Origin: a virus | Taxonomy: Duplodnaviria > Heunggongvirae > Uroviricota > Caudoviricetes | DNA length: 64,000 nucleotides | Strand: one strand, 5' to 3' | IMG/VR virus record: IMGVR_UViG_3300022555_003200 | Shown here: positions 44,073 through 53,263 of the stretch, piece after piece | How positions within the stretch are numbered: position 1 is the stretch's first letter | Layout of the letters: the number at the start of each line of letters is the position of its first letter | Translations under genes and position numbers: made by a program | Notes under the pieces: model-generated | The model's input: only the letters and a program-made list of their open reading frames with translations | Told to the model about the DNA's origin: nothing | Database searches by the model: none

Positions 44073-44911
44073 GCAAATACAGCGATATTATCGAACAGAT
44101 AAAGCGTTCAGTAAGAGAAGACGGCGGGGCTGCGGCAGGCGGCGGAACCACATCTGGAGCCATGAGCACAGGGGCAATCGGACCGACAACTGCACAAGAC
44201 GGAAACACTTCGATTTCGTACATTCCGGGTGGCCTATCCAGGAAGAAGAAAGCACGTCTTGGTGGGGTGAAGAAGGTTGAGGACTGTGTTAATCCGGAAA
44301 TGCTAAACGAGCAGAGATCGGAGATGATTCATAACATCTACAACAAGCTTATGCGCGTAATGACAGTGGACCTTAGGGACAATAAGCAGATTAAGAAGAC
44401 GATCGTCCTACTGAACTACTGGCTGTCTCTTTTCCCGAACTCAAGGTACCTTCCGATCTCTCTTCCGATTGCAGTGAATCTTGGTAGCTACGATAGGAGC
44501 ATCAGGGACCTCATCAGTAGGATCAAGAACATCTATTCAGATGATATCGGTAACCTTCAGATGCTCATGAATACGATCCAGAATGACATGCCACTTAATG
44601 CGTTTGAGCCGTTTGCAGAGTTTGAGTACGTTGTTGGAGTTCGCGTGCACACTGAGTATGAGGGTATCGTAATGATCCCCGAGCTTACGGTTAATCTGGC
44701 TATGATCCCTACGCAGACTATTTACGTTGAATCGTCTGACGTTATCGACGAGCTAAGCGCCTACAGGACTGTAAAAATACTTAAAGACATGGTGTTCCCT
44801 GTTGGGCAGATGTTTGCGCCGTCAGTCTTCCACAACATTAAAGACATCATTGACAACATGCCTGAGCAGAGCGATAAGCGCGTTCAAGCACCAAGAGGGA
44901 AGCGTAAGTGA
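44069..44911 (+). CDS. hypothetical protein with leader-like N-terminus
   Basis: MSKYSDIIEQIKRSVRE. Confidence 0.65.
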   Translation: MSKYSDIIEQIKRSVREDGGAAAGGGTTSGAMSTGAIGPTTAQDGNTSISYIPGGLSRKKKARLGGVKKVEDCVNPEMLNEQRSEMIHNIYNKLMRVMTVDLRDNKQIKKTIVLLNYWLSLFPNSRYLPISLPIAVNLGSYDRSIRDLISRIKNIYSDDIGNLQMLMNTIQNDMPLNAFEPFAEFEYVVGVRVHTEYEGIVMIPELTVNLAMIPTQTIYVESSDVIDELSAYRTVKILKDMVFPVGQMFAPSVFHNIKDIIDNMPEQSDKRVQAPRGKRK

Positions 44912-45501
44912 GTTCATTCTACGAGTTAGTTGGGTCGATAAAGGGAGTTGTTGAGGCCGGGCCAGTGTTCAAGGCTGCTTGGCCGGAAGAGGTAGCTACA
45001 AGACCTGGACACGTAGAAGAGCTTCTGTGCCCGCATTGCAACGAGCCTGTTTGGGATCGCGCCAAGTGGAATCAGTTGAACAAGTGCTGGGGATGTGGTT
45101 TAGCGTTTGACGTGGGGGTAGATGAAGCACAGAGCCCTGTCTTTAAAGCAGCAGGGCCGGAAGAGCTTGATAGGAGAGCAGGTCCGGAAGACCGTCGTAT
45201 TAGCGCTATTTTAAGAGCTTCAGCACAAGTAAACACGAACGGTGTTGCGGTTGACGTTATTAGCGGTGCCACGTTTGATGACTTCGTAACAAAGGGTAAG
45301 GAAGATCTAGAAGAAGGATGTACACCATTTTGGACACAGATCTGCCCGAAGCATGCATGGCACTACAAAATGAATGACATGAACGGCTTGGACAGGGATA
45401 TTGGTTCTGGAATTTGTGGTGTGCAAGGCTGCAATCGTGAAGCAGTTCACTATTATGACTTCAACACTAGAGAGACGCTAAAGGCAGGGGAGACAGCATG
45501 A
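44908..45501 (+). CDS. leader + two FKAA-tagged modules
   Basis: VVEAGPVFKAAW, VDEAQSPVFKAAG. Confidence 0.8.
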   Translation: MSSFYELVGSIKGVVEAGPVFKAAWPEEVATRPGHVEELLCPHCNEPVWDRAKWNQLNKCWGCGLAFDVGVDEAQSPVFKAAGPEELDRRAGPEDRRISAILRASAQVNTNGVAVDVISGATFDDFVTKGKEDLEEGCTPFWTQICPKHAWHYKMNDMNGLDRDIGSGICGVQGCNREAVHYYDFNTRETLKAGETA

Positions 45502-46073
45502 GTTCTTTTGAAGAGATGATTGAGGATATTAAGAGAGCAATCGAAGCCAAAGAACGGGCCGCTGCTCCTGCTCCTAAGCCGGCTTCAGGAGCGTTAAATG
45601 AGGCTATTGAGACGCAGGTATTTGAGATTGACCAGGATAAGCTTGAGGCTAAAAAATATTTCAAGCTTCCCGGGATGAAGTTTGCCGTTATTGAGGGCCA
45701 GACAGGCTGGATCCTTTTGAACAACGAAGCGGTGCATTGGACAGCCGGTCTTAACGAGCCAATTAAGATCCATGTGTATGCTCCGGATAGGGAAGTTGAC
45801 CCTACAGAGGAAGAGAAGAAGCAGGGAACTCTTAGAAAGCATATGGTTTCAATAATGCCTGAGCCTGGGGATGTTGAGTTGTACCTAACTGAGCTTGAAG
45901 AGTTTGCAGTCCCACAGACAGATATCTCTTCTCCATCAGCGATCGATTGGACTGAGTGGATTCATTACTTCGGTGTGAAGGACAGGATTTATCACAACTA
46001 CAGGTTGCTTGAGGGAACAATTAAGAAGATCGGCGCCAACGTGAACATGCCTGAATGGGATTGGAAGAGGTAG
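45498..46073 (+). CDS. leader-like hypothetical protein
   Basis: MSSFEEMIEDIKRAIE; LNE/A site. Confidence 0.7.
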   Translation: MSSFEEMIEDIKRAIEAKERAAAPAPKPASGALNEAIETQVFEIDQDKLEAKKYFKLPGMKFAVIEGQTGWILLNNEAVHWTAGLNEPIKIHVYAPDREVDPTEEEKKQGTLRKHMVSIMPEPGDVELYLTELEEFAVPQTDISSPSAIDWTEWIHYFGVKDRIYHNYRLLEGTIKKIGANVNMPEWDWKR

Positions 46074-46076
46074 ACG

Positions 46077-47891
46077 ATGCGGATAAATGAGCTGTTTGAC
46101 GAGCTGAAGAAGATCAACTTAGCGGAGAGTGAAGCTAACGACCGCGGGCAGGGACTTGAGCCGTTGCTTCAGGAGTTTGTCTACGAGGTTAGCGGTCTTC
46201 CTGAAGAAGCAAGGGTTAGAAGGACACGCTTGATATCTGATTACTACAACACAATCTATAACCGTAGCCATAGACGTGTGCCTGTCGCTTACAGCCAGAC
46301 TCGTAAGTGGGCTATGAAGACGTTCGTTCAGCACTGGATTGATAAGACTGTGGATAGCAAAGACCCACAAGTGGATTTGTTTAATGAGAGCGTTGACACG
46401 GCTGTCGACGAGAAAGAGAAGCATTTCGAGGAGCGCACCAGGATGCACATTGGCCTAGTGCAGAAGTCATCGAAGAAGATTGCTGAGAAGTACCCTGAGT
46501 TTGTGAAGCTTCCGGAAATTGCTGAAGAGCACGATGCGAGTAAGTTTGAGGATCCGGAGCACGCACCATATGTATCTCTTACTTGGAAGATGAGGCAGGG
46601 CCATAAGAACAAGACACCCGGAGAGATTGGTGTGGAGGACGAGAATGAAGCAACTATGCACCACATCAAGAACAACGCACATCACCCAGAATACTGGCTG
46701 GAGGACAAGGGCGAAGCTAATATTGACCCCGAGGACCGAAGCAAGTCTAAGAAGTGCGTTGACGCGTCCGAGATGCCCGACATTGCAGTAGCTGAGATGG
46801 TGTCTGACTGGCAGGCGATGTCTGAGGAGCTGAAGAAGAACACCGCTCGCGAGTGGTTCGAGAAGCAGAAGGATGTCCGGTGGCACTTCAGTAAGCACCA
46901 GGTAGAGCTTATTGATAAGCTGCTTAAGGTGTTTGAAGACGAGAAGGTTTCTGAGTCAGCGATTGACTTCCCTAAAGACGAGCTTCCGTCCGACATTTGG
47001 GCCAAGAAGGACGAAAAGTACTTCCTTAAGCCTGGCATTAAGGAAAAGGTTTTAAAGTACATTAAGTCGTACCCAGGAAAGGACTTAACGTCGATTGCAA
47101 AAGAGATTCACGTGTGTGGAAGCCTTGCAACGAACTTGTATACGCAATACTCAGACTTTGATGTTCACATTGTCCTTGACCAGAAGAAGGTTACAGGCAA
47201 GCAGAAGCAAGAGGAGCTTGTTAAGGAGGTTGGTGACTGGAGTGAGGAGAACCCGGATGAGATTGCCGGGCACCCATGCCAGATTTATATCCAGTTGAAT
47301 CAGGCTCAGGACTATGTTGGCGACTCTGCGTGGCACCTGATTGATGAGTTCTGGGTAAAGGGTCCTAAGGTTACTAAGCTAAACTTTAACCCGTACACTT
47401 ACTACAAAGACATCTTGGATGAGGTTGCAAAGAAGTCCAAGGACTGTGACGTTAAGCTCGGTGAGCTCAGTCGAAGCGTCATTGACTACGCGTCTATCAA
47501 GTCAGCCTTCAAGAGCATCCCGAAGAGTGGTAAGGAATCGCTCAGGAAGCTTATGAAGACTAAGTTAAGGGATATCGAAGGTGATATCGAGTCCTTAACT
47601 AAATACAAGAAGGAGTGGGTAAAGAAGCGCAGGAGCGTAAGCCAGCCAAAGACAATTCAGCAGGCTGTGACAGACAAGAGGATGCAGGAGGAGTGGGAGA
47701 GGGCAAACGCTGTGTTTAAGTTCTTGGCGAAGTACGACTACCTCCTAACGATTAAGGCTTTAGAGGATATTTTAGAAGACGACGACGTTCTGGATGACGA
47801 GGACGTGCACGCGATCGCAAAAGTTTTAGATGTCCATAATGATTTTGACAAGGTCTCTCCCGACCTAACTAACAAGGAGAAAATTAAGTAA
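46077..47891 (+). CDS. HD-like (DUF5662-type) domain fused to a Pol-beta-superfamily nucleotidyltransferase
   Basis: HDASK...HHIKNNAHHPEYW...EMVSDW; VCGSLA..YTQYSDFDVH. Confidence 0.75.
   Translation: MRINELFDELKKINLAESEANDRGQGLEPLLQEFVYEVSGLPEEARVRRTRLISDYYNTIYNRSHRRVPVAYSQTRKWAMKTFVQHWIDKTVDSKDPQVDLFNESVDTAVDEKEKHFEERTRMHIGLVQKSSKKIAEKYPEFVKLPEIAEEHDASKFEDPEHAPYVSLTWKMRQGHKNKTPGEIGVEDENEATMHHIKNNAHHPEYWLEDKGEANIDPEDRSKSKKCVDASEMPDIAVAEMVSDWQAMSEELKKNTAREWFEKQKDVRWHFSKHQVELIDKLLKVFEDEKVSESAIDFPKDELPSDIWAKKDEKYFLKPGIKEKVLKYIKSYPGKDLTSIAKEIHVCGSLATNLYTQYSDFDVHIVLDQKKVTGKQKQEELVKEVGDWSEENPDEIAGHPCQIYIQLNQAQDYVGDSAWHLIDEFWVKGPKVTKLNFNPYTYYKDILDEVAKKSKDCDVKLGELSRSVIDYASIKSAFKSIPKSGKESLRKLMKTKLRDIEGDIESLTKYKKEWVKKRRSVSQPKTIQQAVTDKRMQEEWERANAVFKFLAKYDYLLTIKALEDILEDDDVLDDEDVHAIAKVLDVHNDFDKVSPDLTNKEKIK
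47845..47866 (+). repeat. 22-nt TTGACA-stem-TCTCCC-stem element, copy 1
   Basis: ttgaca aggtc tctccc gacct. Confidence 0.7.
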
Positions 47892-48119
47892 TGCCTAGAG
47901 GAGTGTATGCCAGGAAGCCACTGAAACTAATCACTATTGCCTGTGCAAACTGTGGTAAGGAGTTTGATGTGCCACATTACGACGCTCATAGAGCTTTGGA
48001 ACCTTATCACACTGTGTTCGTGGTGTAACTTAAAAGCGAATGTTAATAGGCAGAAGTGGCAAAAGTTTTTTGGAACTTTGACAGGGTCTCTCCCGACCCA
48101 AAAACAGGAGATACTATAA
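47891..48119 (+). pseudogene. internally deleted HNH endonuclease remnant
   Basis: N-terminal MPRGVY..CANCGKEF in one frame and C-terminal NLITLCSWCNLKAN.NR..W in another, 229 nt total. Confidence 0.65.
48078..48099 (+). repeat. 22-nt element, copy 2
   Basis: ttgaca gggtc tctccc gaccc. Confidence 0.7.
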
Positions 48120-48718
48120 TGACGAACAAGGAAATTGTAAAAGCAGCGTTTGCATCCGCTGAAAAAGAGGCAAGAGAGAAGCAAGTAAACGAGGTAAAGA
48201 AAATAGTAACGCGGACTCTGGAGAAACTCGATGCTGTTAAGAAGGAGATCAAGGCGAAGCAGGAAGAAGAGCGAATCCTTAAGATGGACATCGACGATTT
48301 GAAGGAAGGCCGTCTTGACCGAATCGCTGAACGGCAGGAGAAGGATCCAGAGGCCAAGAAAGTATCAGTGGTGCTGATTATCAAGGAGAAGGAAGTTGTT
48401 CATGTTCCGTCTCCGTGGTACTCGCCCTATACGGTAGTCTGGCAATATTATACCCCGACATTTTCGCCATCAACCGTGATGTATTCGGGTACCGGTGGGA
48501 GTGTGGGAATAGCAACAGGTGGTAGCTATACAACTTCTAGCTGCAGCGGGTTTAATGGTGTTTCAATGTCGAACTCTATAGGCAGCAAGAGCTGTAATCT
48601 ATCGGACGGATCAAACTTTGTTGCGACAGTCACACCCACTTGTATCACGGGTTCGGTTGCCAAGTTTGCTACTGTGGGTAGCTATGACGTAAATGGTCAC
48701 ATTATTAATCTGCGGTAA
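48119..48718 (+). CDS. hypothetical protein (coiled coil plus S/G/T-rich tail)
   Basis: ATG 48119 with CAGGAG SD. Confidence 0.65.
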   Translation: MTNKEIVKAAFASAEKEAREKQVNEVKKIVTRTLEKLDAVKKEIKAKQEEERILKMDIDDLKEGRLDRIAERQEKDPEAKKVSVVLIIKEKEVVHVPSPWYSPYTVVWQYYTPTFSPSTVMYSGTGGSVGIATGGSYTTSSCSGFNGVSMSNSIGSKSCNLSDGSNFVATVTPTCITGSVAKFATVGSYDVNGHIINLR

Positions 48719-48729
48719 ACATAAATAAT

Positions 48730-48751
48730 AAGTCGGGAGAGACTTTGTCAA
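48730..48751 (-). repeat. 22-nt element, copy 3 (inverted)
   Basis: Reverse complement ttgaca aagtc tctccc gactt. Confidence 0.7.
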
Positions 48752-48778
48752 GTTTAACAATAACAAGGAGGAAACAAA

Positions 48779-50269
48779 ATGGGTAAGGATTTAGTCAACG
48801 AGTTGTTCAAGTTCATAAATAGCGACGAGAGCGTGACGATGAAGAAGCTCCAGGAAGCTTCTGATGCGGCATACGCCGGTGTTGGTAAGGAAAACGCGGA
48901 CATGCTGAAAGAGCACAACGTGTTTATAAAGAAGATGGGTCTTACAGCTGGAATGCCGAAAGCTGACGAAGGCGTAGTTGTATCCAACCCAGCTAACATT
49001 GACAAGCCAGAAGAAGTGATCCAGACGCTAGCCGAGGAGAAGAAGAGCACCAAAGCACCAAAGGCGGCTAAGACTGATGTTAAGTCTGCTGACCGTGGTA
49101 TTGTCGCTGATCCAGAGAAGGGACCTCTTCAGAAGTCTATGGATAAGGCAACTCCGGATGTTGATAAGAAGTCCGACTTCCAAGTTGCGGCTAAGGTCAG
49201 TAAGGCCAAAGTTTTGCAGCCTGAGCCTATCACTGGGGTTACAACTCCTAAGGGCGTTAAGGTTGGATACGAGGAAGAAGGATCATCGGCAGAGCTTGAG
49301 GAAGGCACTGTTGTAGCCAACCCGGCTAATATCGACAAGCCAGAAGAAGTGATCCAGACGCTAGCCGAGGAAAGAGCGCTTGTAGCTGTGTCGGATCAGA
49401 ACATCGCTAATGACATCAAGTCCAAGTATCCAGGCTCACGCATTGTTCAGGATGCAGACAAGAAACAGTGGATAGTAATGGTGCAGGAAAAAGCCGCTGT
49501 TCAGGAAGAGAAGACTTCATCTCCTACTGAGTCCGAGATCAAGGCTGCTAGTATTCCGGAAGTTGACGCTGTTGAGAGGAACAAGCTTACCAATATTTCT
49601 AAGGCTGATCCCAAGGAGCCGGCTATTAAAGCGGCAGTTGCCAACGTCAGCAAGTCTGACATGGGTGACAAAGCTGTTGGAGATAAGGGCGCATCGACCG
49701 CTAAGCAGCATAAGGAAGAAAAGAAGCCTAGTGCCGACACTGGAAAGGCCGACCAGAACGCATCAAGTGCACGTCACGATGCTACTCAGAAGCCGCTTCA
49801 GACTAAGACTGGCCCGGATATTGTTGCTAAGCCAGAGATCAAAGATGTGAACACAGTAGCTGGTACAAGCGCGGCGAAGCAGGACAAGCTTACGACTGAG
49901 GCAAAGGTTCAGGAAGACGCTGAAGTCACTGTGACCGCCGATGATAAAACTGCAACTATTTCAATGACTGCTGATGGGGTTAACGTTTCAACCTCCGGTG
50001 CTACAGCAGAGCCGTCCGTTGTTGAGCCGGCTGAAGGTGAGATAGAGCCAGAAGCTGATCAGGACATGGAGGATGCAGAAGCTGATGAAATGGCTGAGCG
50101 TATCTTTGTTAGCGACTACCTTGCAACGCTTGAGGAAGCGAAGCTGACCGAGAAGCAGAAGGCGTTTATCGCTGAAGTTAAGGCAAAGAAACTGTCGAAA
50201 AAGAACGCCGACAAGGTCGGAAAAAAGGTAAAGGTTCTTAAGGATAAAGCAGATAAAAAGTGTTGCTAA
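48779..50269 (+). CDS. acidic low-complexity protein, putative prohead core/internal protein
   Basis: A/K/E/D-rich; many xxE junctions; internal duplication. Confidence 0.6.
   Translation: MGKDLVNELFKFINSDESVTMKKLQEASDAAYAGVGKENADMLKEHNVFIKKMGLTAGMPKADEGVVVSNPANIDKPEEVIQTLAEEKKSTKAPKAAKTDVKSADRGIVADPEKGPLQKSMDKATPDVDKKSDFQVAAKVSKAKVLQPEPITGVTTPKGVKVGYEEEGSSAELEEGTVVANPANIDKPEEVIQTLAEERALVAVSDQNIANDIKSKYPGSRIVQDADKKQWIVMVQEKAAVQEEKTSSPTESEIKAASIPEVDAVERNKLTNISKADPKEPAIKAAVANVSKSDMGDKAVGDKGASTAKQHKEEKKPSADTGKADQNASSARHDATQKPLQTKTGPDIVAKPEIKDVNTVAGTSAAKQDKLTTEAKVQEDAEVTVTADDKTATISMTADGVNVSTSGATAEPSVVEPAEGEIEPEADQDMEDAEADEMAERIFVSDYLATLEEAKLTEKQKAFIAEVKAKKLSKKNADKVGKKVKVLKDKADKKCC
48968..49371 (+). 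repeat. 71-nt direct repeat (48968-49038 and 49301-49371)
   Basis: Encodes EG.VV.NPANIDKPEEVIQTLAEE twice; 3' part identical. Confidence 0.85.
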
Positions 50270-50298
50270 CGTACCGCATACGACAAGGAGAATAAAAC

Positions 50299-50913
50299 AT
50301 GGATTTGCACAAGTTCATAGGTGAAACACTTAAGATCAACGAAGGGTATCGCGACACGGAAGAGCCTGTTGAGGAACCTGTTGAGGCTCCTGTAGAAGCG
50401 CCTGTGGAAGACGCAGGTGTTGCACAGGCTCCTGAAATCAATGACGAGCTCATTGCAAGCCTTGAAAATGATCTACCTGGTCTCAAGGATGTCGACCAGG
50501 AAGAGCTTAAGAAGGGTCTTGCTGACGAGATGGAGCACTTCAATACGGTTGGCGGCGACGTTGCTGTTATTGCCAAGATAACACTCGACCATTTGAACGA
50601 GTTCCCTGGTCAGAAGTACTACACGGCTCTTGAGCAGCTTGAGTCTGAGCTGAGCAAGGCGGCTGAGCAAGATGTTGCTCCGGCTCCGGAAGCTGAGCCT
50701 GTTGCACAAGAACCTGCTCCTGAAGCTCCGGTTGAAGAGCCGGTTGCTATGGAAGCAAAGGTTTCAGAAGAAACTGTTGCCGGTGGTCTTAAGACAGTAG
50801 CGATAGACCGGGAAATGATGAAGAAAGAAACAGCCGAGATGCACACTAATCAGGACAGGCTCAAGAAAGAAGAGAAGAAAACGTTAGCTGCAAACAAATC
50901 TAGCGGAGTTTAG
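50299..50913 (+). CDS. acidic protein with DUF5661-like domain
   Basis: ELKKGLADEMEH...ITLDHLNEFP..YYTAL. Confidence 0.65.
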   Translation: MDLHKFIGETLKINEGYRDTEEPVEEPVEAPVEAPVEDAGVAQAPEINDELIASLENDLPGLKDVDQEELKKGLADEMEHFNTVGGDVAVIAKITLDHLNEFPGQKYYTALEQLESELSKAAEQDVAPAPEAEPVAQEPAPEAPVEEPVAMEAKVSEETVAGGLKTVAIDREMMKKETAEMHTNQDRLKKEEKKTLAANKSSGV

Positions 50914-50963
50914 GGAGAGTACCCACTAAACACCCCTATTTTGGGGCCTAATAGGGCATAGGA

Positions 50964-51503
50964 GTGACCATAATGCGTGATTTGATAGATCATATCCAAC
51001 GTGACAATAGGCCATTAAACGAGGTTTCTTGGGGTCAAGTGGCTGGTGGGGCGGCTTTGATCGGCGCCCTGGCTACAGCCAGCCCGGGACCCGCCTTAGC
51101 TCAGCAACAGCATCATGCACCTAAACATCACCATGTTGCGGCTAAGCACTATACGGAAAACGACTATGTGGATGCCATAGTTGGAGAGGCCTCGTCTAAG
51201 GGGTATTCGGGGATGCTTGACATTGCATGTGCTATACGCAACAGAATAAAGAGTCCCAAGCACGCTAAGCGCCCACTAAAGCAAGTGTACGGATACAAGG
51301 CAAATCACAACAAGTCTGAGCCTCAAGAAGTGTGGGATGCAGCTAGAAAAGCTTGGGCAGACTCAGCTAAACAAGACACGGTTAACGGAGCTACTCTTTG
51401 GGGTAACGCTAAGGACGTTGAGAAGTTTAACACGACTTGGGATATGTCAAGAGTAGATCAAACGGTATCAAGACATGGGCACACCTTCTTCGCAGAAAAA
51501 TAA
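50964..51503 (+). CDS. SleB/Hydrolase_2-family cell wall hydrolase
   Basis: AIVGEA (catalytic Glu), IRNR, DTVNGAT, HGHTFF; N-terminal LNE site then hydrophobic segment. Confidence 0.75.
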   Translation: MTIMRDLIDHIQRDNRPLNEVSWGQVAGGAALIGALATASPGPALAQQQHHAPKHHHVAAKHYTENDYVDAIVGEASSKGYSGMLDIACAIRNRIKSPKHAKRPLKQVYGYKANHNKSEPQEVWDAARKAWADSAKQDTVNGATLWGNAKDVEKFNTTWDMSRVDQTVSRHGHTFFAEK

Positions 51504-51522
51504 TGTTCCAAGAGAGGATGTT

Positions 51523-52002
51523 ATGAAGCACATGACTGGCACGTGGTTAGAAGAAGAGAGTAGTGAGGTGGTTACGCTGCTTTCGAAGATCACGAAAAAC
51601 TTTAATACAATTTCTGATCTTTTGTCCCGTAAAACCATTGTAACTGACACAAGAGAGGCGTGTAAAAAGTGGTTGCTCAAGCCTCTCTTTGACAATGACA
51701 CGTGTTCTGTTGGTATCGTTCTTATTAAGAGCAAAGATTCTGGTCCGTGTGAGGAGCACGTTCACCACAGAGCTGTTGAGTACCTCATTGTCACGAGTGG
51801 CAGCCTGATGCTAAACATGAACGGAGAGAACATACGAGTTCTGAAACCAGGAGATTGCGCGGCTATACCGGCAGATGTCCCACATTTTAGTACGCCTCTT
51901 GAAGATAACACAGAGCATATTTATGTGACCGTACCTAGAGATAATGACATACCGTCATTTAAAAACATTGACGTTGTGGAATACTTAGACAAGGGAGTCT
52001 AG
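51523..52002 (+). CDS. cupin-domain protein
   Basis: HVH...EYLIVTSG...LKPGD..IPADVPH. Confidence 0.85.
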   Translation: MKHMTGTWLEEESSEVVTLLSKITKNFNTISDLLSRKTIVTDTREACKKWLLKPLFDNDTCSVGIVLIKSKDSGPCEEHVHHRAVEYLIVTSGSLMLNMNGENIRVLKPGDCAAIPADVPHFSTPLEDNTEHIYVTVPRDNDIPSFKNIDVVEYLDKGV

Positions 52003-52003
52003 C

Positions 52004-52579
52004 ATGCCTGGTGATGCACTTACAAAAGAAGAGTTTAAAGCGGCTCTCGAGGTTCAGGCCAAAGCTACTGAGCAGATGGTCCTGATAGCTACGTCTTTGA
52101 GGGAGATTACCGTTGAACTAAAAGAAGTGCACTCGCGTTTGTCAAACGGAGCTATAAAAGATATCGTCCAGGGTGTTACTGAAAACTACAGCGGCATTCA
52201 CAAGGAAACAGTGTCATGTTTGCTTCGGATAGAAGAGTATCAGAAGGATACCCAGGACATGCTTACATCAGATGTGCTGGTAAAGAAAATATCTGACACG
52301 ATCTCTACCGGAACGTTGAGTCGAATCGAAGACGCTATTATTACGAAGCTTCCAGTAACTATTATTGAAAGGTTCAACAATAGCGGAATGGCAAAGGATC
52401 TGGACAGGGCTAAGTGGTTTATCGGTATTGTCGGAATTGCCATTGTTGTTGCTACAGTAGTCATTCGCGGTATCGATACTAGATTTGTTGCGGGGAACCA
52501 GGACAAAGAGATCCAGCGTGTCGAGAAGGTTCTTGCGGATCACTTAGAGCCACCGACAGCAGCGTCAGGAGCAAGGTGA
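52004..52579 (+). CDS. coiled-coil protein with one C-terminal TM helix
   Basis: WFIGIVGIAIVVATVVI. Confidence 0.6.
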   Translation: MPGDALTKEEFKAALEVQAKATEQMVLIATSLREITVELKEVHSRLSNGAIKDIVQGVTENYSGIHKETVSCLLRIEEYQKDTQDMLTSDVLVKKISDTISTGTLSRIEDAIITKLPVTIIERFNNSGMAKDLDRAKWFIGIVGIAIVVATVVIRGIDTRFVAGNQDKEIQRVEKVLADHLEPPTAASGAR

Positions 52580-52583
52580 CGGA

Positions 52584-53042
52584 ATGAGCGGAATAATCCC
52601 TAGGGAAACGGCGAATGTGTTCAGGGATTTCAACGATGTCGGAGTTGACATCTTCGGAATCGATTGCGACCTGTACATACCAATAAACAAGACATCCATA
52701 GAGCACAGTGACGCGTATGAGAGTCCTATCGATGTCATTTTCAAGAAGTACCCACAAAATAAGGTGTGGGTGCACTGGTCTGTTAAGGACCTACGCAGGC
52801 TCCGCAAGATGGGAGTGTTTGCTGAAAACGAGACACCCATTATCGCGTATTTTAAGAACTTTCCTGAAGTAACCATCAACAGCTACATTAAGGTGGAAGT
52901 TCGGTATATACCCAACAACTTTGACACTGACGAGTTTGAGGTTGTCGATATATTGATGAAGGGCACCTACGACAGTGAGATTCTAAGGCCTTACAAGCTG
53001 GCACCAAGACGTGCACGTAGCCCACGGGTAGGTCTCGTATGA
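52584..53042 (+). CDS. gp14: gp14-like neck/head-closure protein
   Basis: VDIFGIDCDLYIP N-terminus; beta-barrel size; context. Confidence 0.6.
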   Translation: MSGIIPRETANVFRDFNDVGVDIFGIDCDLYIPINKTSIEHSDAYESPIDVIFKKYPQNKVWVHWSVKDLRRLRKMGVFAENETPIIAYFKNFPEVTINSYIKVEVRYIPNNFDTDEFEVVDILMKGTYDSEILRPYKLAPRRARSPRVGLV

Positions 53043-53263
53043 AGTTTAACGCCAAAGCCGCGGCGTGTGTGCTCCTAGCCAACAAGCTCTACATAGACTA
53101 CTTAGGTTCCGTAAAAGAGCTACATGGGGTCGAGGTAGAGCACTTCGCCGAGCAGTGGCTGGACAATACGCTATATGGGGATTACAAGACGATGAGAGAG
53201 TCTGTGTGGAAGCATTTTATAGCACGTCTAGTGGAACGTCGAAAGGACGAAGCCAATGACTAA
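53039..53263 (+). CDS. hypothetical protein
   Basis: 74 aa coupled ORF. Confidence 0.5.
   Translation: MKFNAKAAACVLLANKLYIDYLGSVKELHGVEVEHFAEQWLDNTLYGDYKTMRESVWKHFIARLVERRKDEAND

Noticed and set aside
47845-48751. TTGACA copies as sigma70 promoters
   Set aside because: No convincing -10 hexamer at 16-18 bp; kept as an unexplained element instead.
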